Assembly: GCF_006345805.1 (NCBI RefSeq)
Contig: NC_042997.1
Location: 190,030,001-190,094,000, forward strand
DNA length: 64,000 nt
DNA from: Octopus sinensis
Lineage: Eukaryota
Reading direction: 5' to 3'
Within the stretch, counting starts at the first letter, position 1, and every line of letters starts with the position of its first letter. Positions 1-14,159 of this stretch are shown piece after piece. The notes under the pieces are model-generated. The model saw only the letters and a program-made list of their open reading frames with translations, was not told the DNA's origin and did not search any database. The position numbers and the translations under genes were made by a program.

Positions 1-680
1 TGATTTCTCCAACAGTTAAATCTGTTGCATCATCGGGAATATCATCTTTCATGCTGGTATGAATCAAACCAGCATTTGATGTGCATTAGAAGTAATATGG
101 CAAATGGTATATGAACTGACTCGAGTCCTAGGATTTACGAGAACAGTTACGCCTTTTTTCATGGCGTATAACCAACTGAGATCACTACGTTCCTTCTGAA
201 CTTATGCCAGTCCGACGCAGGGCTGCTCATTTACAGTGTAAAATTTATTGTGTAAATTGGTGCATCTTCACCATTATATAACAGCCAAAAATAATTTGAA
301 TCATAGTATATGATACTCTATGGTACTATCGATCATGACCCCAAAAATATATCGTATGATTTTCAAATATTACCTGATTCAGGGATAGAAATGACGATCG
401 GAAAAGCGTAAGCGCAAACACCTTACCACTAGGCCTTTTGGCTTCACATATGTTACATGTGTCATCTCTGAACGATCTACATTCACTTCCTCTTTCAGAA
501 TGATGTCAGATTGATTCATAATGATTTTACAGTCTTACCTTTTTTTTTCTTTCGGAAGCGAATTGTGTTAATTTTATTGGGCCATGCTCTCCCAAAGATG
601 ATCACGGCCGTATATTAAATAACGCTTATATTATCACTACCTTTGTTTCTTCATACACTATGCTTGCAGTTACTGTGATT

Positions 681-900
681 ACTACCCACAAGTGGCTAAA
701 CACAGAGAGGACAAACAAGGACAGGCAGACGGATCAAGTCGATTATATCGACCCCAGTGCGTAACTGGTACTTATTTAATCGACCCGAAAAGATGAAAGG
801 CAAAGTCGACCTCGGCGGAATTTGAACTCAGAACGTAACGGCAGACGAAATACCGCTAAGCATTTCGCCCGGCGTGCTAACGTTTCTGCCGCTCGCCGCC
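681..900 (-). mobile_element. tRNA-derived SINE, Nin-like domain family
   Basis: ggcggcgagc..gcagaaacgttagcacgcc head; gaggtcgactttgcctttcatc core. Confidence 0.85.
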
Positions 901-1677
901 TTATTAGTAAAATACGATTACATTTTAAGCACAAATCCAGCTAACGTGAACATGACCTTTTTTTCATCTTCCCTCAAATGGTTTTCTCATGTTTACTCTA
1001 TGATTTCTCCAACAGTTAAATCTGTTGCATCATCGGGAATATCATCTTTCATGCTGGTATGAATCAAACCAGCATTTGATGTGCATTAGAAGTAATATGG
1101 CAAATGGTATATGAACTGACTCGAGTCCTAGGATTTACGAGAACAGTTACGCCTTTTTTCATGGCGTATAACCAACTGAGATCACTAGTTCTTCTGAACT
1201 TATGCCAGTCCGACGCAGGGCTGCTCATTTACAGTGTAAAATTTATTGTGTAAATTGGTGCATCTTCACCATTAATAAAGCCCAAAAATAATTTGAATCA
1301 TAGTATATGATACTCTATGGTACTATCGATCATGACCCCAAAAATATATCGTATGATTTTCAATATTACCTGATTCAGGGATAGAAATGACGATCGGAAA
1401 AGCGTAAGCGCAAACACCTTACCACTAGGCCTTTTGGCTTCACATATGTTACATGTGTCATCTCTGAACGATCTACATTCACTTCCTCTTTCAGAATGAT
1501 GTCAGATTGATTCATAATGATTTTACAAGTCTTACCTTTTTTTTTCTTTCGGAAGCGAATTGTGTTAATTTTATTGGGCCATGCTCTCCCAAAGATGATC
1601 ACGGCCGTATATTAAATAACGCTTATATTATCACTACCTTTGTTTCTTCATACACTATGCTTGCAGTTACTGTGATT

Positions 1678-1900
1678 ACTACCCACAAGTGGCTAAACAC
1701 AGAGAGGACAAACAAGGACAGGCAGACGGATCAAGTCGATTATATCGACCCCAGTGCGTAACTGGTACTTATTTAATCGACCCCGAAAGGATGAACGGCA
1801 AAGTCGACTTCGGCAGAATTTGAACTCAGAACGTAGCGGCAGACGAAAATAAGGCTACGCATTTCGCCCGGCCTGCTAACGATTCTGCAAGCTCGCCGCC
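1678..1900 (-). mobile_element. tRNA-derived SINE, Nin-like family
   Basis: Same family as 681-900. Confidence 0.85.
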
Positions 1901-3296
1901 TCTGTCTAAATAGTAATAATAACACAAATTCTAAAATAGTAATACTAATTGTGATTGGATAATACTCTATTTTTATATTTTACCACGTTCAACAATATAA
2001 TCATTTTTTAATCGGTTTTTAATATCGCACCGAAAACTAACAGTACACTCCTTATTTGCAATCTTATTTCATGAAGCTTCATAACTACCCAAATCTAAGA
2101 TAAATTGTGTTCCACTTTACAGTGAAATGCATTATAGATATTATTGTGCAAACCTTGAATTCTCTGTTCATTTAAAATACACTGTTTCATTGTTTTATTA
2201 TTAAAGTCAAAAAGCCAGATAATCTTATTCTACAGTTTCATTAATGGGTTTTATGCAACTTCAACGTTTCGCTCTTATTGCGTCCGTTTACTTCCAATCT
2301 CGAAATTGATCTTGCCATTCACTGAGAATTCCGGAAAATCCGGAGGTCTTCATTGCTATAATATTCGTTTGAAATCCAGATACATACGCTCTAAATATTC
2401 GTTTCGTGCTGATGAATAAAAATTAGATTGTAGGAGTGTCTACATAGAGAATTGATAATTAAACGGGAAAATTCTTGGTCTGAAACTATAAGTTTCAATT
2501 TAATAAAATCGCAGTGAAGTTAAATATTTTCTCTGATATGCAATCCATTTAAATAATGCATAATTTAGCAGAAGCAGTTAAGATCGGAAGCTAGAGATTA
2601 AACTAGATTAAAACTAAACGAAATTCGTTTGAAATATTTTATTCTGCATCCGAAGAGAAAGAGCAAGTCTATAAATATTCTTCAGATATCTTATCAAGAG
2701 ATGAAAAACTGAAAACTAATTTAATGTTTTAAGTTGAACTATTGAAATATAAAAAAAAATGATAGTTGAAAGACTTACATATATATTTATTTTGTTTCCG
2801 AGTGAATAGTGTGTTGGGAAGAGTTGTGAAGCTTCAAAGATTATGTCAGTTGATTCGCATTTAAAGCGTATTAAATAAAATATGTTTTAAGTTGATGAAT
2901 GGTGGAAAATTATCTCAATACTAGCGATATTAGAAAAATCATAAGATATATTTTTTGGGTCATAATCGATAGTACCATAGTGTATCATATACTATGATTC
3001 AAATTATTTTTTGCTGTTATATAATGGTGAAGATGCACCAATTTACACTGTCCACATATGTAACTGTTCGTTCTGATGATTTGAATAACGCTACAATCCT
3101 CTGTGTAGGTGCACATTTCAAGAGTGTCGTGTTACATACATATGACTTTCTATTAAATGTTTTCTGTCGCATAACTGAGACAGCATTTAATTTAGCCCTA
3201 AAATATTTTGTACCAGTATTGTTAATAATAGTTACTAACATTTTGTGAAGACATTTTAGTAACGCTGGAATTGTCAAGTTTTCGTTTATACTTATA

Positions 3297-3420
3297 CTAG
3301 CAGTATCGCCCGGCGTTGCTCGGGTTTGTTTCGACTCTTTAGAATTGGAATTTTTGAAATGTAAAAATTTTGCATTATGTAGCTTGTTATTCTCTTTAAG
3401 TGAAAATTTTTTATGGTTGA
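3297..3420 (-). mobile_element. Helitron 3' end, same terminus as 22280
   Basis: ctagcagtatcgcccggcgttgctcgggtttgt shared. Confidence 0.7.
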
Positions 3421-3522
3421 AATGCACAGAAAAATGGCGACACAGCAGTCAAAAATACACACACAAATACACATACACAGTATATGGCTTGACTCAAAGG
3501 CATATGACTTAAAGTTTTCTGC

Positions 3523-3810
3523 GCTCGTAGGACGGACCTATCTTATCAGATATCAGAAGTGTAATAGATTTGAAGCAAATTTAAGGTTTCCAAACGTTGG
3601 ACATTTATTGGACAGCTCAGGTCATGTGGTGTTAATGCTATGCAAAGAACATCAGTTACGGTATACAAAAGACCTTGGCCGCTACATCTGCATGCACACC
3701 TCGTGACCTGAGATGTCCAACAGAAGTCTGACATCTAGAAATCTTCTTGGATTTGTCTCAAATCCTTTACACTTCTCTTGATATGTTATGAGATGGGTCC
3801 GTTACTAGGC
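3523..3810. repeat. Diverged inverted repeat, arms 3523-3623 and 3705-3810
   Basis: gacctgag.tgtccaa...caaatc..ttacacttct...gat.ggtccgt aligns with the reverse complement of the left arm. Confidence 0.75.
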
Positions 3811-4016
3811 ATCCATGATTGAGCTGAAGCAAATTGTTAACTAAAATATAACTTTAACCAAATGAGTCGACTCATGTATGTATGTATGTATGTATGTATG
3901 TATGTATGTATGTATGTATGTATGTATGTATGTATGTATATGCATGTATATATGTATGTATGCATGTATATATGTATGTATATGCATCAACATTTAGTTA
4001 CATATATATGTGTATG

Positions 4017-4050
<34 letters not shown>

Positions 4051-4771
4051 GTGTGTGCCAAATCCTTAATATATTTTTACGTTTATGTATTTGTTTTGCA
4101 AAATTCCTGATGTAAAACCGTGTGTTGAAACAAGTATTGTTATATTTCTGGATGATCTTTTTTTTTGGCCATATAAACACGCACTGTATTCTCTTTCTTC
4201 ACTTCAGCTATTATTGTCCTTATTTCAGTGTTTACTTGTGTGAAATCTTTTGTCCTTCATTGGGCGACCTCTTCAACGACTCAGCGAAAGATTTCAAGGT
4301 AAGGGACACCAAAATTAAAACAATGATAAAGCTGCAGTGAGGAACGAGTATATAGCGTATGTGTTTATTTGGCAATAATAATAATAATAATAATATAATA
4401 AATAATAATAATAATAATGAAAACCGAAAGTATCAGGCAGTGGCTCTCGTGGCTTCTGATATGTTGCGCACATATGGTTGTGATGACTGTGCCTGGTGTA
4501 CCCTTATCAGACGGGTAGTCATGATGGGTATACTGGGCTTCGTATATTTTACCCCAGTGTCACTTTGATGGCATGCATTGCTCTCTCACTCGATAATAAT
4601 AATAATATACCGGAAAATAAAAATACGTTAATAAATTATCATGTTCACGTAAAGCAACGAGAATCAAAACAATGACGTAATGATGTGCCGATATTTCAAA
4701 CTATCCAAGAATTTTCTATGCGTTCTTGCTCTATCTGTTTACTACCTGTTAGAAGTCATACACTTGCAAAT

Positions 4772-4783
4772 CACTACTACTGC

Positions 4784-4818
<35 letters not shown>

Positions 4819-5230
4819 TTGCTGCTACTACTACTACTGCTACTGCTGCTACTACTACCACTACTACTACTGATGCTGCTGCTGCTACTACTACCACTAC
4901 TACTACTGATGCTGCTGCTGATGCTGATGCTGCTGCTGATGCACCTACTACTACTACTACCACTACTGCTACTTCTACTACTATTGCTGCTGCTGCTGCT
5001 ACTACTACTACTACTACTACTACTGCTGCTGCTGCTACTACTACCACTACTACTACTGATGCTGCTGCTGATGCACCTACTACTACTACTACCACTACTG
5101 CTACTTCTACTACTATTGCTGCTGCTGCTGCTACTACTACTACTACTACTGCTACTACTCTACTACTCTACTGATGGCTGCTGCACTACTACTACTACCA
5201 CTACTGCTACTTCTACTACTACTGCTGCTG

Positions 5231-5270
<40 letters not shown>
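4772..5270. repeat. Compound (CTA/CTG/GAT)n trinucleotide repeat with internal higher-order duplication
   Basis: Direct inspection. Confidence 0.95.
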
Positions 5271-5272
<2 letters not shown>

Positions 5273-5728
5273 TAACTGTACCGTATATGCATTTGTGCAT
5301 ATTTATAAATGTATATTATACTATTAGCTTTTTTTTAAATATAAAATTATCACATTGCACGATACGTTAACAGTATATGTTTCCTTCATAATCTTATAGA
5401 GCGTTGAAACACCGTTGAAGAATTCGATTACATATAATGCATCTTTGTGGCTGTTTTGCTTAGTTAAAGCTCAAGCCTGATCAAATGCACTTCAGCTGAA
5501 CTTATCCCGTCATTTGATATATACATAAGGTCTACATTATCCAGTGATACCATCCATCGGATAAAATATTTATCGGGGTTTGAAGGGAATTAGCTGCCAT
5601 TATAGCGGATCGACTAATTGCTTGGAGGCTACCGTGTCAGCTTAGCGGCGGTGAACCCTTCCAAATAAGAGTTTACCGTAGGCCATGGTTCTTAAGAAAT
5701 AATCATTAAATATAAATTGCACGCAGAT

Positions 5729-6084
5729 AGGCGTAGGATTGGCTCTGTGGTAATTAGCTTGCTTACCAACATGGTTCCGGGTTCTACTATAGCTTCGGGC
5801 CGACCAAATCCGTGTGAGTGGATTTGGTAGACGGAAACTAAAAGAAGCCCGTCGTATGTATATATATATATATATGTAAGTGTGTGTGTATGTTTGTGTG
5901 TCTGTGTTTGTCCCCCCAACATCGTGTGTTTGCGTTACCGTAACTTAGCTGTTCGGCAAAAGAGACCGATAGAATATATACTAGGCTTACAATGAATAAG
6001 TCCTGGAGTCGATTTGCTCGACTAAATGTGGTTCTCCAGCAAGGCCACAGTCAAATGCCTGAAACAAGTAAAAGAGTAAAAGAG
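5729..6084 (+). mobile_element. tRNA-derived SINE family B (internal TA/TG microsatellite, agtaaaag tail)
   Basis: Shared consensus gtggctgtgtggtaagtagcttgc...cagtcaaatgactgaaacaagtaaaagag. Confidence 0.85.
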
Positions 6085-6710
6085 CTCAGCTGTACTTCCG
6101 AAAAGTCGATAAGAATATGTGAAAAGTCTTCTGAATTTGTTACAAGAATATGTGAGAGGTCACAATTATGTGTCAGAGGTCAAGAATATATGTGAGAGGT
6201 ATAGCAAACTTATAAGGAGTAAGGACAGTGTGTGAGGTTACATTGTCATATTTTTAGCTTTATAGTAACAGTAAAATATTAAAAATTGATCTGCAAAGGA
6301 ACACAATGCTCACTTATTTTTCAAGAACCTTAAATAAATTATATTGATAACAAATAATACATAGGAAACAGAAACGAGTCCTAAAACATGACATTAACAA
6401 GGGTAAATCAATACCTTGGAAATAAATACCATATGTAAATTATAAAGCTTGTATTTGATTGAAAACATATGTGATGCGCAAAGTATCAATATCGTGATGC
6501 GTAATATGTGTTGCAGTATTTTTGAAATAAAAATTACTTATGAAAAATTGTGATTAGTTTATAAAATTACATTCGAAAATTAGAAAGGAGGAATTTAAAG
6601 AACAACAACGTCAATTATTTTTCTTATTATAGATGACATATAATAAACATAGAGTAAAGTATCAACTTAGAATGTAAAATGCTCGTAAATCGCTATATTT
6701 TTATTTGCAT

Positions 6711-7113
6711 ACGAGTGGCTGTGTGGTAAGTAGCTTCCTTACTAACCACATGGTTCCGGGTTCAGTCCCACTGCGTGGTACCTTGGGCAAGTGTCTTCTA
6801 CTATAGCCTCGGGCCGACCAAAGACTTGCGAGTGGATTTGGTAGACAGAAACAGAAAAGGCCCGTCGTATATATGTATATATATGTGTTCGTATATGTTT
6901 GTATGTCTGTGTTTGTCCTCCACTCCAACATCGCTTGACAACCGATGGTGGTATGTTTACGTCCCCGTAACTTAGCGGTTCGGCAAAAGATACCGATAAA
7001 ATAAGTACTAGGCTTACAAAGAATAAGTCCTGGGGTCGACGATTTGCTCGACTAAAGGCGGTGCTCCAGCATGGCCACAGTCAAATGACTGAAACAAGTA
7101 AAAGAGTAAAAGA
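6711..7113 (+). mobile_element. SINE family B
   Basis: Near full length. Confidence 0.9.
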
Positions 7114-7849
7114 AATTTATAAGTAAGAAAATCTCGGAGTTATTTATGAATTTTTGAAAGTTAACATAGACGATGAAGAAGAAACTAAACATGATAGGTA
7201 CAAGGAAATTCTATTTTAAAATCCTTAGCAGGAATAGTAAGAGTCCAAAGGGACATTACTCTATCTTGTGGAAGCACTCCGTCGGTTACGACGACGAGGG
7301 TTCCGGTTGATCCGATCAACGGAACAGTCTGCTCGTGACATTAACGTGTAAGTGGCTGAGCACTCCACAGACACGTGTACCCTTAACGTAATTCTCGGGG
7401 ATATTCAGCGTGACACAGAGAGTGACAAGGCCGGCCCTTTGAAATACAGGTACAACAGAAACAGGAAGTAAGAGTGAGAGAAAGTTGTGGTGAAAGAGTA
7501 CAGGAGGGAACACCACCATCCCCTGCCGGAGCCTCACAAAGAACAAAATAATAATTTAAAGATCTGCATTTGAACAGAATAAGTTTGGACCACAGAAATC
7601 TTGAAGACTGCAGGTGATGAATATTGAAATCGTAGAATTGTGGGGTAAAATATAAAAAGGAATGACTGGTGTAACGCAGACGAATTTAGAGAAATATTTA
7701 CTCGTCAGAAAGGAAGCTAAATTAGTGGCAGTAATCAGGTGGCATCGACTAATTTTATACAAATCAAGATATAATGTATAACATGGACAGATTTTCAATG
7801 CACGAAAAGTATGATGTACGAGGTGCACAAAATACGGCAAAAATATAAT

Positions 7850-8001
7850 TATATATATATATGTATATATATATATAAATATAAGCATATATATATATAT
7901 ATAATGTATAAAATATAACATATATATATATATATATATATAGATATATATATATATATATAAATATAAGAATATAATATTATATATATGTATAAATATA
8001 A

Positions 8002-8044
<43 letters not shown>

Positions 8045-8202
8045 TATATATATATATTATATATATATATAAATAAATATATATATAAATATATATTATA
8101 TTAATATATATACAGATATATATATATATATTATATATAATATATAATAATATATAATATATATACGTATAATAATCTATATATAAGTATTATATATCTA
8201 AG

Positions 8203-8233
<31 letters not shown>

Positions 8234-8235
8234 TC
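7850..8235. repeat. (TA)n-rich microsatellite block (similar blocks at 9405, 22820, 48500-48920, 57585, 58020, 58600)
   Basis: Direct inspection. Confidence 0.95.
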
Positions 8236-8704
8236 CAAATTTGTGTAAATATGTATATAATAATATATCAGTTGAATAAATTTAAAACATTTTCTGGTTT
8301 CCACGTTTTATTATTTATTATATATATATTTTTATAATGCTGAAATGTGTTAAACATTAAACAAATATATTTTTAATGTTCATAAAGTTCAATTAGCGTT
8401 TTCAAACGTTCGTAGTAATCACCAGATCTCAAAATGCATTTAACTGACAGTTGAGTTCTTGACAGCTGAAGTAAAATCACTGACTTCTTCCTTTTTATAC
8501 CTCTTAGAAGGCTCCAACAAGCAGGATTTTTGGAATATGCTTTTGACCAATTCGCATACAGCTTAAACGTCATGGTTTGCCAAGCGTACCGATATTACTG
8601 GCATAGATCCCGCCTTTATTTTAACCTATTAGCTTGCGGTTTACACGGTTTCGATCGTTTTTATTTCAATTGGTGGGAGTCTTCTGTAATTTGTTTATAT
8701 TCAT

Positions 8705-9025
8705 ATGTTAGCAGTTGGGAGGCAGTTGCCGGCAACCGTGGAGACTGGCGACGTATCATAAAAGAGGGAATACAAAGAAGTGACACAGAGAGAGAGGAGA
8801 AATGGAAAGAAAAGAAGAGACGTCAACAAGAGACTATGGCACTACAACCAGCCAGGAACAGCCTTCGCTACATTTGCGGTACCTGCCAGAGGGAGTGTTT
8901 GGCCAGGATAGGACTACACAGCCACAGCAGGAAATGTATCAGGACATGAAATATAAAAGCCGGACTAGACTACTTTATGCGCAACTCCATTGTCTCCCGA
9001 GCCAGAAAGGATGCCAACCAACCAT
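8705..9025 (+). mobile_element. RTE-clade LINE 3' end
   Basis: SWEAVAGNRGDWRRIIKEG...CGTCQRECLARIGLHSHSRKC (C-terminal zinc finger) plus short 3'UTR. Confidence 0.8.
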
Positions 9026-9401
9026 ATGTTAAAGATATTTCTTCATCCACATCATTAACCAGTTGTTATACTATTATTGCTATTTCCGTTCAGAACAGGT
9101 TTGAACATTTTAATAGAACGGTTTTCTTTTATATTTCTTCCAAATTCACTTGTATCATGTAGTTTTGTGGAAAAGAAAAACTAGAAAGACACTTTATTTC
9201 ACGTTGCTCCAGTTGACTCAGCTATAGAAATGAGTGCGACGTCACTGGTGCCAAGCTGTAGTGGTCTTTACCTTTCCCTTGGATAACATCGGTGGCACGG
9301 AGAAAGGAGGCTCATATGCATGCACAACTGTGCCTCGAGTGGGGGGGCATTCTAGGTGCAATCCCAAGGTCGTTCATGACAGAAGGGTGTCTTCATCCTT
9401 A

Positions 9402-9439
<38 letters not shown>

Positions 9440-9665
9440 ATATATAGATATATATATATATATATATAGATATATATATATATATTATTATATATATATA
9501 TATACATACATACATACGTACAATACAATACATACACACACACACACACACACAAACATATATATATATATACATTATATACACACATACATACATACAT
9601 ATATACATATCAGCCTCATCTTCGAAAAACAATATTCCTATTCACAGAAAATATATATAAACGTG

Positions 9666-9696
<31 letters not shown>

Positions 9697-10567
9697 TCGA
9701 AATAGTGGTTGTGTGTCTGCTCTATACGTTTTCATTGGGACAGTTAGACCTTTCTTTATTTTTATAATAAATTATTTCGGAAACGAAGAATGAAGTAGCA
9801 GATTTATCCATCCATAAGTGGGTATATTTATTCATTTATAGTATAATAGGAGAAATGTGCAATAATAACCGGATGTTTTCTCTGTATATGCATATAAGAT
9901 CTATCAAGTCGATGAGTATTTACAACAGAAGTCGATCGATAATAGTTAAGTGTTGAAAATTAGTAGGCGTTTGGGAGGGTTGTGTATTAGCAGTAAAGTG
10001 AAATAAAATATAAGATGCGTGTAGAGTCTGCATCAGAGAATAAAGATGAAAACAGAAAGAAAAAAATATGATGGAGGGTAAGATGATGGTATAATCAAGT
10101 TAACGAAGTTAACGTAATTAGAAAGAAAATCAAATAACAAGGTGGGGAAACTTGCAAAGCGAAAAAAATAACAAACAAAAAGAATACAAATTGAAAACAG
10201 AAAGCGAAAGAACAAATGAATCCAGAAAGTCTATGACATCAGGTGGAAAAGTATAGCAGAAGTTGAAGGTAGAAGATTGCAAAGAATAGAGCTCATATAG
10301 ACTATAAGAATGGAGAGAGAGAGAGGGACAGAGAGATAATATAAGAGCAATGATAGAGTTATATATAGAGAGAAAATACAGTCTGTATAGTTTATTGTAT
10401 TTGTTATTATTGCTCTTTATATTATTAGTGGTTGTAGCCATACTGTAGTTGGGAGTAATACTAGGTGTTTCAACTTTAGGCATTCTTCTCGCATTAGTAA
10501 TGTAGTTATAATACGAATGCCAGTACTGACAACAGCAACAACAACAACAATATCAATAATAATAATA

Positions 10568-11248
<681 letters not shown>

Positions 11249-11292
11249 GAATAATAATAATAATAATAGTAATAATAATAATAATAATGATA

Positions 11293-11323
<31 letters not shown>

Positions 11324-11628
11324 CAACAATAATAATAATAATCAAGAAGAAGAGCGCAATTCGATTGTAATAGATATTTTATTGGTTGAACGATATTTCA
11401 GCAGTAAGTCTGTCTTTGTCAAGTTCAAAATAAGAAGTGATAAAAATTCAAATTTATAGAAATTTAAACGTAAAGTATGAACGAGAGCAAGCAGCGTCCA
11501 CACATTGATGGAAGGATATCATCAGTTTTTAAGTTTCAATTTTATTACAGGCGAAAAGAAAAATCAGAAAAAAACAGAAAAAAGGAGACGACAGAAAAAA
11601 ATAACGAAAGGGAAGAGAAAAAGAATAT

Positions 11629-12225
11629 TTAATCAAACAGTTTTGTATAAATTTGATGATATTCTCCTGTCATCTTATCCATTCCTCTAGGGCGTGATGT
11701 TAATAAGCCGCAAAAATATTTCTCCTCATACATTCTGAGAAGTGAAAGTGAAGCAGATTTAGAATATTTTCTGAGAATATGCACTTTCAAGTCTTCTTCA
11801 AAATTGCAGCCGCTTGAAACGAAATGTTCAGCAATTTCTGTCGAACTACTGATATTGTGTCTGACGTCGAATCTGTGCCCATTAAACCTTTTGTTTAATT
11901 GTTCTGTTGTACAACTAACACAAAACAAGTTGTGTTGTGTGCATTCTGCAGCGTACACCAAATCAAAATCTCTACATATCCCACCTTCTGTATAAATCAT
12001 ATCATTTCTGTTATGATTCCTGATGGAATTAACTTCACTCATGTGAAGGGCTTACTTCTCTTGCGGCTGTTCTTCAAGGTACGGCGTGCAGAAACTCCAA
12101 TGTTCGTTTTCTTGGAGTCAGAAATGAAGGTCAATAATTCTCTTATTTCGTCTAAAGGCGCCTGACGAAATATCTGTTTGAAATGAGAATAATTTTTTTG
12201 CCACATACTTTTGTATATCATTATG
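11629..12225 (-). mobile_element. Penelope-like element fragment: linker plus GIY-YIG endonuclease (degenerate)
   Basis: ORF 11629-12042 has LVYAAEC..H...TTEQLNKRFNGHRFD...TEIAEHF...LLTSRPRGMDK, typical of PLE GIY-YIG. Confidence 0.8.
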
Positions 12226-12498
12226 TCAAACGCGGTTACAGTGAATCACGATTAAACGAAATAGCAAATGAAATAGCTAAGATTAACAAAGATAGTCAAA
12301 CCTTCACGCATAATTTTAGAAAACACAATACAATAGATGACGGAATTCCTTTAGTGATCAAGTGGCTCTGACATTTCGCTGGCACTTCAATAGTGTTGCC
12401 TGAAAGTTACCAGCATGTGGCGAAAAAAATATCTTCGTTTCAAACAGATATTTCTTCAGCCGTCTATTGCAACCTTTAGTCGGAATAAGAATATAAAA

Positions 12499-12500
<2 letters not shown>
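12183..12500 (+). mobile_element. Penelope-like RT thumb/linker fragment, inverted relative to the GIY-YIG copy
   Basis: KRGYSESRL...IPLVIKW...MWRKKYLRFKQIFLQPSIATFSRNKNIKE; homologous to minus-strand MWQKNYSHFKQIFRQAP. Confidence 0.7.
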
Positions 12501-12586
<86 letters not shown>

Positions 12587-12647
12587 CAGAAGAAGAAGAA
12601 GAAGAAGAAGAAGAAGAAGAAGAAGAAGAAGAAGAAGAAGAAGAAGA

Positions 12648-12800
12648 TGTAGAAAACAGCACTGCTTGGAACCGCCCGATTACTCCGGATGGTGCTCGAA
12701 AAATAACGGGTGTCACCTTAGTTCACTGGTAGTGAACAACTGACATCTTAGTACATCTCTAGCGTAAGAAGCTGTGCAAAGACAATAATAATAATGATAA
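12648..12800 (+). mobile_element. R4/Dong-like LINE 3' terminus (second copy at ~60630-60780)
   Basis: gaaaacagcactgcttgga...gaagctgtgcaaag then (TAA)n in both copies. Confidence 0.6.
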
Positions 12801-12804
12801 AAAA

Positions 12805-12865
<61 letters not shown>

Positions 12866-12866
<1 letters not shown>

Positions 12867-13010
12867 GCTGGCAGAATCGTTAGCACGCTGGACGAAATAC
12901 TTAACGGTATTTGGCCCGTCGTTACGTTCTGAGTTCAAATTCCGTCGAGGTCGGCTTTGCCTTTCATCTTTTCGGAATCGGTGAATTAAGTACCAGTGAA
13001 ACACTGGTAC
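12866..13010 (+). mobile_element. SINE, Nin-like family, truncated
   Basis: gagctggcagaatcgttagcacg-like head and ttcaaattcc core. Confidence 0.8.
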
Positions 13011-13329
13011 ATAATCCTTCTTCTTCTTCTTCTTCTTCTTCTTCTTCTTCTTCTTCTTCTTCTTCTTCTTCTTCTTCTTCTTCTTTTTCTTCTTTTTCTT
13101 TTTCTTTTTTCTTCTTCTTTTTCTTCTTTTTTTTTCTTCTTCTATACTCTTAATCTGAGTGCTTGTTACAATCACTTGCTGAGGCACACCCAGCGTTTTA
13201 GGGCGAATGAAGGGATAAGAAGATGTTGCAGCATGGCTGAAAGCTTGGGGAGAGGAAGTGGCTGGGGCAGGAGCGAAATATTTTCATGTAATACATATTT
13301 AAATTGATATGATTTTCCTACGGATGGGG

Positions 13330-13502
13330 GCAGTACTTGTTAGCACAATCTTTCAGATTTCTGTGAGGCATGGTTCTCCTGGGATATTACCTAGATGTTT
13401 TTTGACATCCATTTCTTATCATACCTAAGGCACCCACCATAACAAGAACATTTCTAGCTCTAAAAGGCTGCATCTTTTGAATTTCAATATCCAGGTCCTT
13501 TA
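13330..13502 (-). mobile_element. R4/Dong-like LINE C-terminal fragment
   Basis: KDLDIEIQKMQPFRARNVLVMVGALGMI...HLGNIPGEPCLTEI.KIVL. Confidence 0.65.
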
Positions 13503-13572
13503 ATTAATTTGTCAAATTACTTATTTTCAGGGCCTTATATTTCTTTCCAAGTCTTTATATCTATTATCATTA

Positions 13573-13622
<50 letters not shown>

Positions 13623-13629
13623 GAGTGTG

Positions 13630-13915
13630 AAGGCGCATGGCTCAATGGTTAGAGCGTCGAGCTTACGATCGTGAGGTTGTGAGTTCGATTCCCGGACCGG
13701 GCTGTGTGTTGCGTTCTTGAGCAAGATACTTTATTTCACGTTGCTCCAAGCTGTATCGGCCCCTTTGCCTTTCCCTTGGATAACACCATTGGTGTGGAGA
13801 GGAGAGGCTGGTATTAATGGGCGACTACTGGCCTTCCATATACAACATTGCCCAGACTTCAGACTTGTGCCTCGGAGGGTAACTTTCTAGGTGCAATACC
13901 ATGGTCATTCATGCC
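13630..13915 (+). mobile_element. tRNA-derived SINE, Meta-like domain family (partial copies 9185-9400 + and 21340-21580 -)
   Basis: ggcgcatggctcaatggttagagcgtcg head; ttcttgagcaaga.actttatttcacgttgctcca domain. Confidence 0.8.
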
Positions 13916-13961
13916 ATCAAAGCGACACTGCCGTACAATTATACGAAGCCAAATATACCCA

Positions 13962-14159
13962 TCATGACCTTCCTGATAATCTTCCCTGTCCCCAAGAGAA
14001 AACTTTCTGTAGAAGCTCTACATGGCATTCTGTTTCAATCTCCGTCACCCATTTGCCAATATCTTTGCTTACAGATCTCAATGCACCAGTTATTGTAAGT
14101 ACAATCTTTACAATTTTCATATTCCAAATTCTTGCAATTTCAAATTTTAAGGGACTCAT
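13962..14159 (-). mobile_element. R4/Dong-like LINE C-terminal fragment
   Basis: PLKFEIARIWNMKIVKIVLTITGAL...CHVELLQK. Confidence 0.7.

Larger units (their letters stand above)
1..1900. repeat. ~1-kb tandem duplication (1-~785 matches 1001-~1790)
   Basis: tgatttctccaacagttaaatctg at 1 and 1001; near-identical with small indels. Confidence 0.92.

Noticed and set aside
4680-5370. Thr/Ala- and Leu-rich ORFs
   Set aside because: Trinucleotide repeat artefacts.
12150-12450. CTGACGA/CTGAAGA...GAAA strings near the PLE fragments
   Set aside because: No adequate stems I or II; they are the antisense of PLE coding sequence (FKQIF).
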